From: a virus
Lineage: Duplodnaviria > Caudoviricetes
DNA: 54,852 bases
Direction: 5' to 3' (one strand)
IMG/VR virus record: IMGVR_UViG_3300030376_004261
Span: 1 to 54,852 of that record
The position numbers and the translations under genes were made by a program. Shown here piece by piece: positions 1-7,741 of the stretch (position 1 is the stretch's first letter; each line of letters begins with the position of its first letter). Under the pieces are notes generated by a model, which made no database searches, was not told where the DNA came from, and saw only the letters and a program-made list of their open reading frames with translations.

Positions 1-70
1 GGGCGGTCTGCTGCAGCGGGAGGTACTGCTGAGAGCATCCGCTTGCGCTCTGAGCAAAATTCGGGCAGCC

Positions 71-323
71 ATACGTTGTGCTCCCCCTCTTTTTCATACG
101 CTTGCCCAAAACTAGAATGCTACAGTGTGTGTGCGTTTGCTGTATTACTAAAGGCATACGTCGAAGTGTATATTATAGCTCTATATAGTACTATAGTGCT
201 ATGTAGTATATACTGTATAGCACTTTCTTCTTTTATTGCTCTATTAAGCTTAGACTTAACATAAGCTTATAATATTGCTGTAAGGCCTAACGTATAGCTC
301 TATAGTATACGTTATGCTCCCCC
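71..323. repeat. Non-coding palindrome cluster bracketed by a 17-bp near-perfect direct repeat; possible terminus, origin or leader region
   Basis: ATACGTTRTGCTCCCCC at 71-87 and 307-323; palindromes or inverted repeats at 184-195, 195-224, 245-252, 261-270, 288-296/306-314; no credible ORF. Confidence 0.6.
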
Positions 324-396
324 GCGATTTTTAACGCTATGCTGGATGTAGTTTATAGCAGTGCTGTGTGCTGGGGTGAGAAAAACCGCTGGTACA

Positions 397-408
397 AGGC
401 TTTATATA
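397..408 (+). promoter_or_regulatory. Archaeal TATA-type promoter AGGCTTTATATA
   Basis: Identical 12-mer at 11395-11406; both lie upstream of gene runs. Confidence 0.7.
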
Positions 409-473
409 ATCTCAGCGTATTGTATTTTTTACTGTGCTCCTACTAAAAAATGGAGTGCTGGAAGTGAAAGAAA

Positions 474-860
474 ATGAAGCAAAACATAGATATAGATGCT
501 CTATCTGAAAAGCAATTGCTCTTATTAGAGAAGTTGCTGCAAAAGATGGGCAAGTCAGCAAAACCCCGAAGAAAAACCGGCAAGAAAACCTGCCGTGATT
601 TGAAGAAGCGATTCAATCCGCTAAGACCCCATCCCAGCGATGTTATACGCTGTATTGCATTTGAAAGAGCACAAGGTAATCCTAATGCTCAATCAGATGG
701 TTACAAGCGAGCAAAATCTGAAATGGTCGAGCGAATCAAAGAGTCCGAGCAAACAATGCGCCGTATGCATACTAACCTTGCTGAGGGTAGATTATACCAC
801 GGCACTACTGATATGAAAAATCGCTGGATAGGAACCAAACAGCTGGATGTGAAAATATGA
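474..860 (+). CDS. Hypothetical basic early protein
   Basis: 128 aa, first ORF after the promoter; ATGA overlap with next gene. Confidence 0.7.
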   Translation: MKQNIDIDALSEKQLLLLEKLLQKMGKSAKPRRKTGKKTCRDLKKRFNPLRPHPSDVIRCIAFERAQGNPNAQSDGYKRAKSEMVERIKESEQTMRRMHTNLAEGRLYHGTTDMKNRWIGTKQLDVKI

Positions 861-1132
861 GCAGCAAAGAGTGGAATGAAATGAGCGATGTAGAAAAGTG
901 GGAGCATTGTCTTGATAAATGGGAGCGAGAGAAATGGAATATGCTGCGTAAATATTTAACGCCGCAACAACTAGAAGCAGTGAGTAACGTTAACGGCATT
1001 GTAAGAAAGATGCGCTGGGGTTTAAAGAAAGAGCTGGAAAATGAACATACGCTGGCATTGTGTAAGATTGCCGAAGAATCATATGAGGCTGGATATAATG
1101 ACAGCACGGAGGATGAACACTATGCTGACTAA
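857..1132 (+). CDS. Hypothetical protein
   Basis: 91 aa, translationally coupled. Confidence 0.65.
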   Translation: MSSKEWNEMSDVEKWEHCLDKWEREKWNMLRKYLTPQQLEAVSNVNGIVRKMRWGLKKELENEHTLALCKIAEESYEAGYNDSTEDEHYAD

Positions 1133-1484
1133 AAAAGAAGCAGAACGGGTCAGAGATATGCTGGCTTATTTCAAACGGCTGGGTTATACCAAACCTATGC
1201 TCAATCTACATCCGACTGACGGCAAGATTAAAGAAGCAATTAAACAGTCAACTGCTGTGTGGTTTGAAAAGAAAGCAGATGATATACACGAGTTAGCAAT
1301 GGATGACTTTCTCAAAGCAATGTTTACAGTCTTAGCAGAGAAAAAGCTGCGAGACAAGATACTGCTGGAGATAAAGAAACTCGGCGGAGTAGGGTATAAA
1401 AGCGGTGGAATCCACGGCAAATATACTTATCACAGCGACACGAGTCGTGTAGACGGCAGACTAATCAGGAGGAAGCGAAGATGA
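1122..1484 (+). CDS. Hypothetical protein (start moved to MLTKKE)
   Basis: GGAGG SD upstream of ATG 1122; ATGA overlap with next ORF. Confidence 0.65.
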   Translation: MLTKKEAERVRDMLAYFKRLGYTKPMLNLHPTDGKIKEAIKQSTAVWFEKKADDIHELAMDDFLKAMFTVLAEKKLRDKILLEIKKLGGVGYKSGGIHGKYTYHSDTSRVDGRLIRRKRR

Positions 1485-1678
1485 CCGAAGTATTTTACAT
1501 TAAAGAATTTCCCGGCAATGCATATCGCTGGGTAGGCGAAGGTAACGATATGAATTTACAAACTGCTCCGTTGTTCAAAGACGGCAGTATTGACCACGAA
1601 CAATGGGGTGAAGTTAGCGAAATGGAAGAACCTCGCTGGTGGATGAGAGGTAAATACGGCGGAGGTTGTGATGATTAA
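1481..1678 (+). CDS. Hypothetical protein
   Basis: 65 aa, AGGAGG SD, coupled start. Confidence 0.6.
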   Translation: MTEVFYIKEFPGNAYRWVGEGNDMNLQTAPLFKDGSIDHEQWGEVSEMEEPRWWMRGKYGGGCDD

Positions 1679-1681
1679 AGC

Positions 1682-1760
1682 AGTCGATAGGATGGGAGTG
1701 GAGCAAAAATTTTCTTTATGCTTTTCACTTTCACAGTGCTCTATTCCTATCCCGACAAAT
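1682..1760 (+). ncRNA. Bulge-helix-bulge (BHB) closed RNA element 1
   Basis: Central helix GUCG 1683-86/CGAC 1753-56; 3-nt bulges AUA 1687-89 and AAA 1757-59; 16-bp inner stem 1690-1705/1737-1752 with 3 G-U pairs. Confidence 0.7.
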
Positions 1761-1773
1761 AAATTTTCCGTTA

Positions 1774-1836
1774 TGCCGCCGTGCACCCCGCAGCGTGAGA
1801 TTGCGCTGAGAAAAGAGAATTATGCTGCGGCACACA
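1774..1836 (+). ncRNA. Structured RNA element, degenerate BHB-like
   Basis: GUGC 1781-84/GCAC 1830-33; 4-nt bulge ACCC; 10-bp stem 1789-98/1820-29; followed by ACA; alternative pairings possible. Confidence 0.4.
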
Positions 1837-1856
1837 ACCAAATACTGCTCAAACAA

Positions 1857-1868
1857 GGTATTATATAT
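1857..1868 (+). promoter_or_regulatory. Probable TATA box upstream of the CxxC protein/peptidase operon
   Basis: GGTATTATATAT about 50 nt upstream of ATG 1913, resembling the 397 motif; AGGAG SD follows. Confidence 0.5.
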
Positions 1869-1912
1869 TCGGAGCGTGTTGGGAAAAATAAAAAGCTAGG
1901 AGAGAAAAAATA

Positions 1913-3622
1913 ATGCCGGAAGAAGAAACAAACAACAGCAATTGCCAATGCGAAGTCTGCTCGACTGACCTCGAAGAAGATGCCGTCATTGAGTCAACCC
2001 ATCAGTATGAGATTGTATGCTCTGACTGTCACAACAATATGGTGTGTTGTGATGGCTGCGGAGAAACTTTCACAAACGACAATGCACCTTACAGCACTTG
2101 TTCTGGAGAACCGGTGTGTTCTGATTGCTCTAACAATATGTCAAGCTGTGAGTATTGTGGCGAACTTATCAACACAGACCACGGCGAATATTATTATGAT
2201 GAAAACTACGGTGAGTATTGCTGTAGTGACCACGCTAATGACCAAGAGTTATCTTGGAGCTGTTCTCGTTGTGACCGCACTATGTATTTTACTGACGCTG
2301 GGACAGATTATGGAGACAGTGAACTTTGTTATGACTGCTACCACAATCCTGAGTCCAGCCTTGCAGATGATGTTCATCGCTGGCTTGACCACGATGTCGT
2401 GTCTGGTAGTTATCAATCGCTAAGTTCATCTGCTCAGTCACAACTGAATTGGTTTTACAGTTACAACAACGACAATTACGAACACAGCAACTTACAGATT
2501 CTCAAGGGCGGTTTGGAACTTAACAGCTTTGGTTATGCAGAAAGCTGTATCAAAGTCGCATCGCCGATTTACAAAGACTTTGCTTACATTCTCAAAGAGA
2601 TGATTGGTAGTGAATTGTTCTTTACACGTCACAAAAAATACGGCCTTTATCATCCTTTACGTCACTTGTTTCACAGCTGTATCAAATACTATGACCGGCA
2701 AAACGGTGACAGTTACAACTATCGTGGTGGCACAGCAATCGATTTCGAATCTGTTGTTACAGATTTGAACCGCTACAGTGTAGAAGGTTCTTACGCAGAA
2801 AAGATTACAGAAATGCTGCGCACTAACAAGACTGAAGATGGTGGTAATCTACGACGAGCAGTTACTAATGTCTTCAATCGTTCACTCAAAGAACGCTTTG
2901 ACTATTTCAACTTACGAAGAATGGATGACCAATTGGCAGCAAAACGATACAATCAGTATCTAACCAATGCTGTTGATGTCGAGTATCCACTGCAAATCGG
3001 TTTTGACCCAACAGACCTAAAAGATGTTGCCGAGTTCAATGCGAGTGTCGGCTCTTGTCAAGACCAATCTAATCGTGGTTCTTACAGCTTTGGCTTTGCA
3101 GATTTGCTGGTCAACCCTCACCTCTTTGCTCTTATCCGTGATGACAACAACGAAATCATTGGTCGCTCGGTTATCAGATTTTTCAAACACAACTGGGATG
3201 ATGACAGCGAACCTGTGTCTGTTGCTCCTTCACGTCTCTATTTAAAGCGAAACACTCAAGCAAAGAAAGAGTTCTATGTCCAGCTATTTAAACAGATAGA
3301 TGCTTGGGCATACACAGCATTTGATTCGCATCGGATGATTGCATATTCCAGCTCAAGACACGACTCGAGCGTTTACAGTTATATACGAGACAGTTTCAAC
3401 TTTACTGACCGCACGGTCAACAAATCGCTGCAGACTCAACGATGGTTTGCCTTCTGGCACACTAAACCTCGTGACAGTTCTGCCGACTATTCCTATTATC
3501 AAGACGAGGCACAACACACTAGAGTGGTTGGCATTCGCAACGGCGGACAAGGTGACTATGCTATGCAAGAAACTATGTCCGATTACGATTACAAAATTAT
3601 TGGAGCAAACAATGAAAACTAA
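1913..3622 (+). CDS. Protein with N-terminal tandem CxxC zinc ribbons and C-terminal possible PcfJ/GNAT-like domain
   Basis: About 8 CxxC-type motifs in first 145 aa; GSCQ motif then ALIRDDNNEIIGRSVIR, as in phage proteins encoded beside M20/M28 peptidases. Confidence 0.55.
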   Translation: MPEEETNNSNCQCEVCSTDLEEDAVIESTHQYEIVCSDCHNNMVCCDGCGETFTNDNAPYSTCSGEPVCSDCSNNMSSCEYCGELINTDHGEYYYDENYGEYCCSDHANDQELSWSCSRCDRTMYFTDAGTDYGDSELCYDCYHNPESSLADDVHRWLDHDVVSGSYQSLSSSAQSQLNWFYSYNNDNYEHSNLQILKGGLELNSFGYAESCIKVASPIYKDFAYILKEMIGSELFFTRHKKYGLYHPLRHLFHSCIKYYDRQNGDSYNYRGGTAIDFESVVTDLNRYSVEGSYAEKITEMLRTNKTEDGGNLRRAVTNVFNRSLKERFDYFNLRRMDDQLAAKRYNQYLTNAVDVEYPLQIGFDPTDLKDVAEFNASVGSCQDQSNRGSYSFGFADLLVNPHLFALIRDDNNEIIGRSVIRFFKHNWDDDSEPVSVAPSRLYLKRNTQAKKEFYVQLFKQIDAWAYTAFDSHRMIAYSSSRHDSSVYSYIRDSFNFTDRTVNKSLQTQRWFAFWHTKPRDSSADYSYYQDEAQHTRVVGIRNGGQGDYAMQETMSDYDYKIIGANNEN

Positions 3623-4913
3623 AACAGAAATGAAAACAGAAGCAAAAGACAGTCGTCTAACTGCTTTCCCTGTTTCTACTGCATCAATGGATGACAAGAC
3701 ACTGCTGAAATCTATGTTTGATATATTCAGTCCTAGTGGAGCAGAACATCCTATGATTGCATTTGTGACGAACTACCTCCGTGACAATGAGATAGAGCAT
3801 ACTGTAGACAGTATGGGTAATATCTATTTCACCAATCACATCGAGGGAGACCGCCGCATACTTCTCAACGCACATATGGACACAGTTGGTTCTGCTGTCC
3901 CTGAAGTTGTTGAGGAGCAGAAAGATGGTAAGACAGTATTCCGTTCAACTAACAATCAAGTTATTGGCGGTGACGACAAGTGTGGTGTATTCGCTGTCCT
4001 CAAGTGTATCACCAACAGAACGCTAGTTACCCCGCTGTCAGGGTTACTATGTGTAGCAGAAGAGACAGGACTAAACGGTAGTGACTTCGCTATGTCCAAT
4101 CACAAAGATATGTTCGATGACGTTGTGTTCAACATTACTATCGACCGCCGTGGTTGTGACGAAATCATCACCAAGAACAGTGACGTTCAACTGTGCTCTG
4201 ACAAACTTGATGCAAAGCTCGGTGAGTGGGGCAAAGACTTTGGTCTCAAGACATCCACCGGTTCTATATCAGATGTCAGCAATATTGTCAAAGAGTTACA
4301 AATCAATGGCATCAATCTATTCGCTGGTTACTACAATGCACACAGTGGTAGTGAGTATGTTGTATACGAAGAACTTATGCAAGCAGTTCAATTCATCGAG
4401 TATCTTGCACCAACGCTTCATACATACTTCAGTCTAAATCCTGATAACATCAAATACAAACCTACTGCTTCATACAGTTGGGGTGGCGGTGTTTACAGTT
4501 ATGCAAACTACGAAAGATATGATGCATACAGCCAAACAGAATACAATGGTATCAAATACTACAGTAACAGCTCTGGTGTTTACAGTAGTAAGACTGATGT
4601 AGACCTTGACGAAGCACTTGATATGTTCGATGCTATTATGGACCACATTGAAGATGCAACAGGTAGTATTGGTATGTTCGATGCATTACAAAGCAAAGGT
4701 CACGTCTATCTCAGTGCGTCTCACAAATCTATTGTGATTGATGAGGGATGGAGCGACTTCTTTGTGGAGTTATCAGAAGTCAATCAGTACATCGTAATCG
4801 GTAGTGGTGGCGACGGAACTGACGCAGTGATTTCAATCAAAGAAATGCAAGACTTCGAAGATGCTTTGAAGATTGCAGAACAAGCAAATGCTTTTGATAT
4901 GGAGGAAGAATAA
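3612..4913 (+). CDS. M20/M28-clan zinc peptidase with Tyr/Ser-rich linker and acidic C-terminal domain
   Basis: NAHMDTV, GGDDKCG, AEETG, IDRRG, GYYNAHSGSE motifs; start ATG 3612 after GGAG. Confidence 0.85.
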   Translation: MKTKTEMKTEAKDSRLTAFPVSTASMDDKTLLKSMFDIFSPSGAEHPMIAFVTNYLRDNEIEHTVDSMGNIYFTNHIEGDRRILLNAHMDTVGSAVPEVVEEQKDGKTVFRSTNNQVIGGDDKCGVFAVLKCITNRTLVTPLSGLLCVAEETGLNGSDFAMSNHKDMFDDVVFNITIDRRGCDEIITKNSDVQLCSDKLDAKLGEWGKDFGLKTSTGSISDVSNIVKELQINGINLFAGYYNAHSGSEYVVYEELMQAVQFIEYLAPTLHTYFSLNPDNIKYKPTASYSWGGGVYSYANYERYDAYSQTEYNGIKYYSNSSGVYSSKTDVDLDEALDMFDAIMDHIEDATGSIGMFDALQSKGHVYLSASHKSIVIDEGWSDFFVELSEVNQYIVIGSGGDGTDAVISIKEMQDFEDALKIAEQANAFDMEEE

Positions 4914-5230
4914 TGGTTCAAGTAAAGATAGAATGCCCTGATTGTGACGATGGCGGCAATGTTAGATTAGTTAATGAAACTAAACACAATCACGAATGTT
5001 ACAGATGTGCGTGCTGTTCTGGAGAGTTCTTTCCAGATGAAATGAAGCGAACAGAGTTACGATACTCTGTATTCACAAATGATGACGGTAGAACTGTGTT
5101 TATTGCTAACACAGAAAAACGCAAAGAAGTACTTCGTAAGCAACTTGAACACGCAAGAGCTGTCAAAAGAAAAAGAATCATTGGTACATCTCGCCGTGAA
5201 AAGAGTTTACTCAGGAGGATAAAAAAATAG
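4913..5230 (+). CDS. Zinc-ribbon protein with basic tail
   Basis: CPDC ... CACC; TAATG coupling. Confidence 0.7.
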   Translation: MVQVKIECPDCDDGGNVRLVNETKHNHECYRCACCSGEFFPDEMKRTELRYSVFTNDDGRTVFIANTEKRKEVLRKQLEHARAVKRKRIIGTSRREKSLLRRIKK

Positions 5231-5256
5231 TGCTCCGGTCTCCCCGCAGCACAACA

Positions 5257-5368
5257 CTCGCAGTGGACAGGAAGGAAGTCAAACACAGTTTGTTTAGTTT
5301 GTTTCGCTTTCAACATAGGGGTTTTGCAATTTCCCCTGTTCCTACGGCTTCCTTCCCCACAAATGGAG
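5257..5368 (+). ncRNA. BHB-closed RNA element 2
   Basis: Central GUGG 5263-66/CCAC 5357-60; bulges ACA 5267-69 and AAA 5361-63; 11-bp inner stem 5270-80/5346-56; outer CA/UG plus CUC/GAG; internal AGGGG/CCCCU hairpin. Confidence 0.72.
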
Positions 5369-5375
5369 AACACAA

Positions 5376-6089
5376 ATGACACAGACAATAGTAATCAACG
5401 CTGAGAAGTTCAAAGAAGACCGCGAAAGAGTTCATATTATCGCTGAGTTAGGTGATATAATGGATGACTTTTCAAGGCCTCACGCTTCGCTAGTGAGAAA
5501 CTGCACACGCAATCAGTTTACTGAGCAAGAACTTGAGATATTTCATCGTATACAAGGTGAAACCCGTTGTAGAAGATGGGTTGTGCTCTACAAAAAGAAC
5601 GGTCGGACAATCAAGTTCGAAACGCAAAGGTATGACAGCATCATACACACTAGATTGCTGGGTGGTCTTGATGACGATTCAATCACAGGAGATATTGTGC
5701 TGTATAAAACTGGTCAAAGACAAGGATGGCCTTATCGCACTGCTGATGAGCATTACAGCGGGTCACATCACTTTATTACAGGCAACGTGAATATTCCTGA
5801 GATATACTCATCAAACAGAGATTTAAGGCTTGATGATACTCACAATGAACTTTACCAAGCATATTGCGAAGAAGTATTTCCTGACTATCATTCTAGTTCG
5901 TTAAAACGAGCTATGAGCTACAGACTATATGTATTGATGCATATGACTTATGATGAATGGGTCAACACATTTAATGGTTCATTTAGTGAAGATGGTAGAC
6001 AAATTATGAGAGCAGGGCATCTTATATGGACTGACGGTGAAGTTACGAGAGATTGGCAAATTGGAGGTATGCCGCACCCAAGATTTTAA
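5376..6089 (+). CDS. Hypothetical protein
   Basis: 237 aa, GGAG SD, flanked by BHB elements 2 and 3. Confidence 0.75.
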   Translation: MTQTIVINAEKFKEDRERVHIIAELGDIMDDFSRPHASLVRNCTRNQFTEQELEIFHRIQGETRCRRWVVLYKKNGRTIKFETQRYDSIIHTRLLGGLDDDSITGDIVLYKTGQRQGWPYRTADEHYSGSHHFITGNVNIPEIYSSNRDLRLDDTHNELYQAYCEEVFPDYHSSSLKRAMSYRLYVLMHMTYDEWVNTFNGSFSEDGRQIMRAGHLIWTDGEVTRDWQIGGMPHPRF

Positions 6090-6103
6090 ATAAGATAACA
6101 ACG

Positions 6104-6214
6104 TAATGAAAGGTAGGTAGTGGAAACTGAATTCTGGCTGCGACAATCCTCTGTAGCAGCAATCGTAAGTAGGCATACACTAAATTTTGCGTATCCGCTA
6201 CCTGCCCATTACAA
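6104..6214 (+). ncRNA. BHB-closed RNA element 3
   Basis: Central AAUG 6105-08/CAUU 6207-10; bulges AAA 6109-11 and ACA 6211-13; 13-bp inner stem 6112-24/6194-6206; internal GCUGC/GCAGC hairpin. Confidence 0.65.
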
Positions 6215-6223
6215 GGACAAAAT

Positions 6224-6511
6224 ATGAACGAACACGAAACAAAACTGTTTGAATTGCTATTAGCTGAAATATTCAAGAACAAAATTGTGCTTGAAGAACT
6301 TGAAGCTGACTTATTTGGTGGAGACACCTTACTTGACATTCCTGCTGGTGTTGATTTGAAAAACAAATTAATAGGTGAGTATGAGAAAGATGACGGCAAA
6401 TCTTTTGAATATGGCCCTATATTATTTGATGAATCAAAACTACAACCATCGGCTATCAGGGAAAACGTAATGGAAGGAAATAGAAATGACAACAAAAGAA
6501 AAAAAGAATAA
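6224..6511 (+). CDS. Hypothetical acidic protein
   Basis: 95 aa in co-oriented run. Confidence 0.65.
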   Translation: MNEHETKLFELLLAEIFKNKIVLEELEADLFGGDTLLDIPAGVDLKNKLIGEYEKDDGKSFEYGPILFDESKLQPSAIRENVMEGNRNDNKRKKE

Positions 6512-6746
6512 CATAAAGAAAATGCTAAAACTCACAGGAGACTACGGCAAAATACAAAGACAAAGTGTGCGTGATGAAAACGTTGAGTTTTTAGAGAACG
6601 TAAAATTCGGGTTGTATGGTTTATCAGCAGAGATAAATGAAATGCAAAAACAAATTGATTTTTACATTCGTAGACAAAAAAAAAGTAATGACAATGTTAC
6701 TTTAGAAGAATTGAAGGAGAGTTACAGCATCTGCGATAATGACTGA
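6486..6746 (+). CDS. Hypothetical protein
   Basis: 86 aa, overlapping run. Confidence 0.6.
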   Translation: MTTKEKKNNIKKMLKLTGDYGKIQRQSVRDENVEFLENVKFGLYGLSAEINEMQKQIDFYIRRQKKSNDNVTLEELKESYSICDND

Positions 6747-6897
6747 GCACAACGAAGAACCAGACTGTACAAAACGTGGCACAGGCTGGGTTGATTTTAA
6801 TACACTCAACAGAAGAGTGGTCAAAAAGCTACGTATAAAAAGGAGAAAACGAAATGAAAAGAATATATCAGATAGAGATAGACACGCGAGACTTTGA
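6739..6897 (+). CDS. Small basic hypothetical protein, 52 aa (not in ORF track)
   Basis: Manual translation MTEHNEEPDCTKRGTGWVDFN...; fills the gap between neighbours. Confidence 0.45.
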   Translation: MTEHNEEPDCTKRGTGWVDFNTLNRRVVKKLRIKRRKRNEKNISDRDRHARL

Positions 6898-7039
6898 GAG
6901 TCTCTATGCATACCGATTAGGTATCGAGCAACAACACCCACTGCCTGAAGAACAAATGGTTGTTCACGATATTCTGTGGCAGATAACTGAGCAAGAGATT
7001 GACAGGGGAACAGATGTATATTATGAGGCTGAAATATGA
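6854..7039 (+). CDS. Hypothetical protein
   Basis: 61 aa, AGGAG SD. Confidence 0.6.
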   Translation: MKRIYQIEIDTRDFESLYAYRLGIEQQHPLPEEQMVVHDILWQITEQEIDRGTDVYYEAEI

Positions 7040-7128
7040 TAGACCCACAGGTGTATCAAGCTGCTGCAACTGTTGGAATGTTAATACTTACTATTGCTAT
7101 ATGGTGGGTAGTGATTCGATATGAGTGA
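7036..7128 (+). CDS. Single-TM microprotein, 30 aa
   Basis: MIDPQVYQAAATVGMLILTIAIWWVVIRYE; ATGA coupling; GAGG SD. Confidence 0.55.
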   Translation: MIDPQVYQAAATVGMLILTIAIWWVVIRYE

Positions 7129-7354
7129 TGGTAGATTAGAAGCAGAAGAAAGACAGGGTCTTGAAGATAAGTATTTACATATGTGTCAAGTTGCTGAGGA
7201 TTCTGCGAGAGAACTTATGGAAAGAGATAAAATGCTATCAGGTGCTTTCAATAGAGAGAAAGATTTGTTAGCAAAAATTCATAACTTAGAATCGCTTTTA
7301 GATGAAGTAACTAATAAATTAGAAAATCTTTTAAAAGAGGGGCCTATTGAATAA
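7121..7354 (+). CDS. Coiled-coil hypothetical protein
   Basis: 77 aa, heptad-like L/E/K pattern. Confidence 0.6.
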   Translation: MSDGRLEAEERQGLEDKYLHMCQVAEDSARELMERDKMLSGAFNREKDLLAKIHNLESLLDEVTNKLENLLKEGPIE

Positions 7355-7356
7355 CT

Positions 7357-7515
7357 ATGGATTCGATGATAGATATATGCGATTTTGTTGACGGCAGTGG
7401 CATCACTGAATGCCCTGACTGCGGTGAAATAGTAGAGACGGAGTTTGATGAGAAAGAAGAGATAGATACTTGTCCATACTGCTACAATGGTAAATATATG
7501 TATGGTGATATATGA
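7357..7515 (+). CDS. CPxCG-type zinc-finger microprotein, 52 aa
   Basis: Manual translation: ECPDCGE ... TCPYCYNG. Confidence 0.7.
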   Translation: MDSMIDICDFVDGSGITECPDCGEIVETEFDEKEEIDTCPYCYNGKYMYGDI

Positions 7516-7591
7516 ATGAAGAGAAAGGGATTACAAAGAATGATAGACGAAATGCAGTTCTTCAAACTGCCGATATTCGAGGTGAAGAAAG

Positions 7592-7741
7592 TTGAGAAGA
7601 AAACACTTACTGATAAAAGAAACAGGTAGCACTGCTTGTGGAGTGAAAGGTTTGACAGTTCAAGAAAAATATCATATGAGCAAACCGTTTTGGAATAGGC
7701 ACATAAACTGTGCTAAATGTAAGAGGTTAATGGATGCATAA
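7592..7741 (+). CDS. Zinc-finger microprotein, 49 aa (H...CG...CxxC)
   Basis: TTG start after GAGGTGA SD; MRRKHLL...TACG...NCAKCK. Confidence 0.6.
   Translation: MRRKHLLIKETGSTACGVKGLTVQEKYHMSKPFWNRHINCAKCKRLMDA

Noticed and set aside
15-60. Hammerhead-like CUGAGAG in a GC-rich hairpin
   Set aside because: No GAAA core or third stem in the required arrangement.
1690-1752. Intrinsic terminators as explanation of the hairpins
   Set aside because: Stems are followed by A-rich bulges rather than U-tracts, loops are long, and the 3-4-3 geometry would be unexplained.
1667-1809. Box C (GUGAUGA) and box D (CUGA) around element 1
   Set aside because: Box C lies in coding sequence, no C'/D' boxes or terminal stem are evident, and the other elements lack the pair.
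1668-1913. 81-aa ORF spanning BHB element 1
   Set aside because: Sequence is better explained by RNA stems and a promoter; protein looks non-globular. Not fully excluded because a GGAGG lies upstream.
5230-5379. Possible GTG ORF through element 2, or a spliced ORF
   Set aside because: Neither the unspliced nor the spliced product is convincing, and splicing does not join it to the downstream gene frame.
1682-6214. tRNA genes with introns
   Set aside because: No cloverleaf, T-loop GTTCRA or acceptor stem flanks the BHB motifs.
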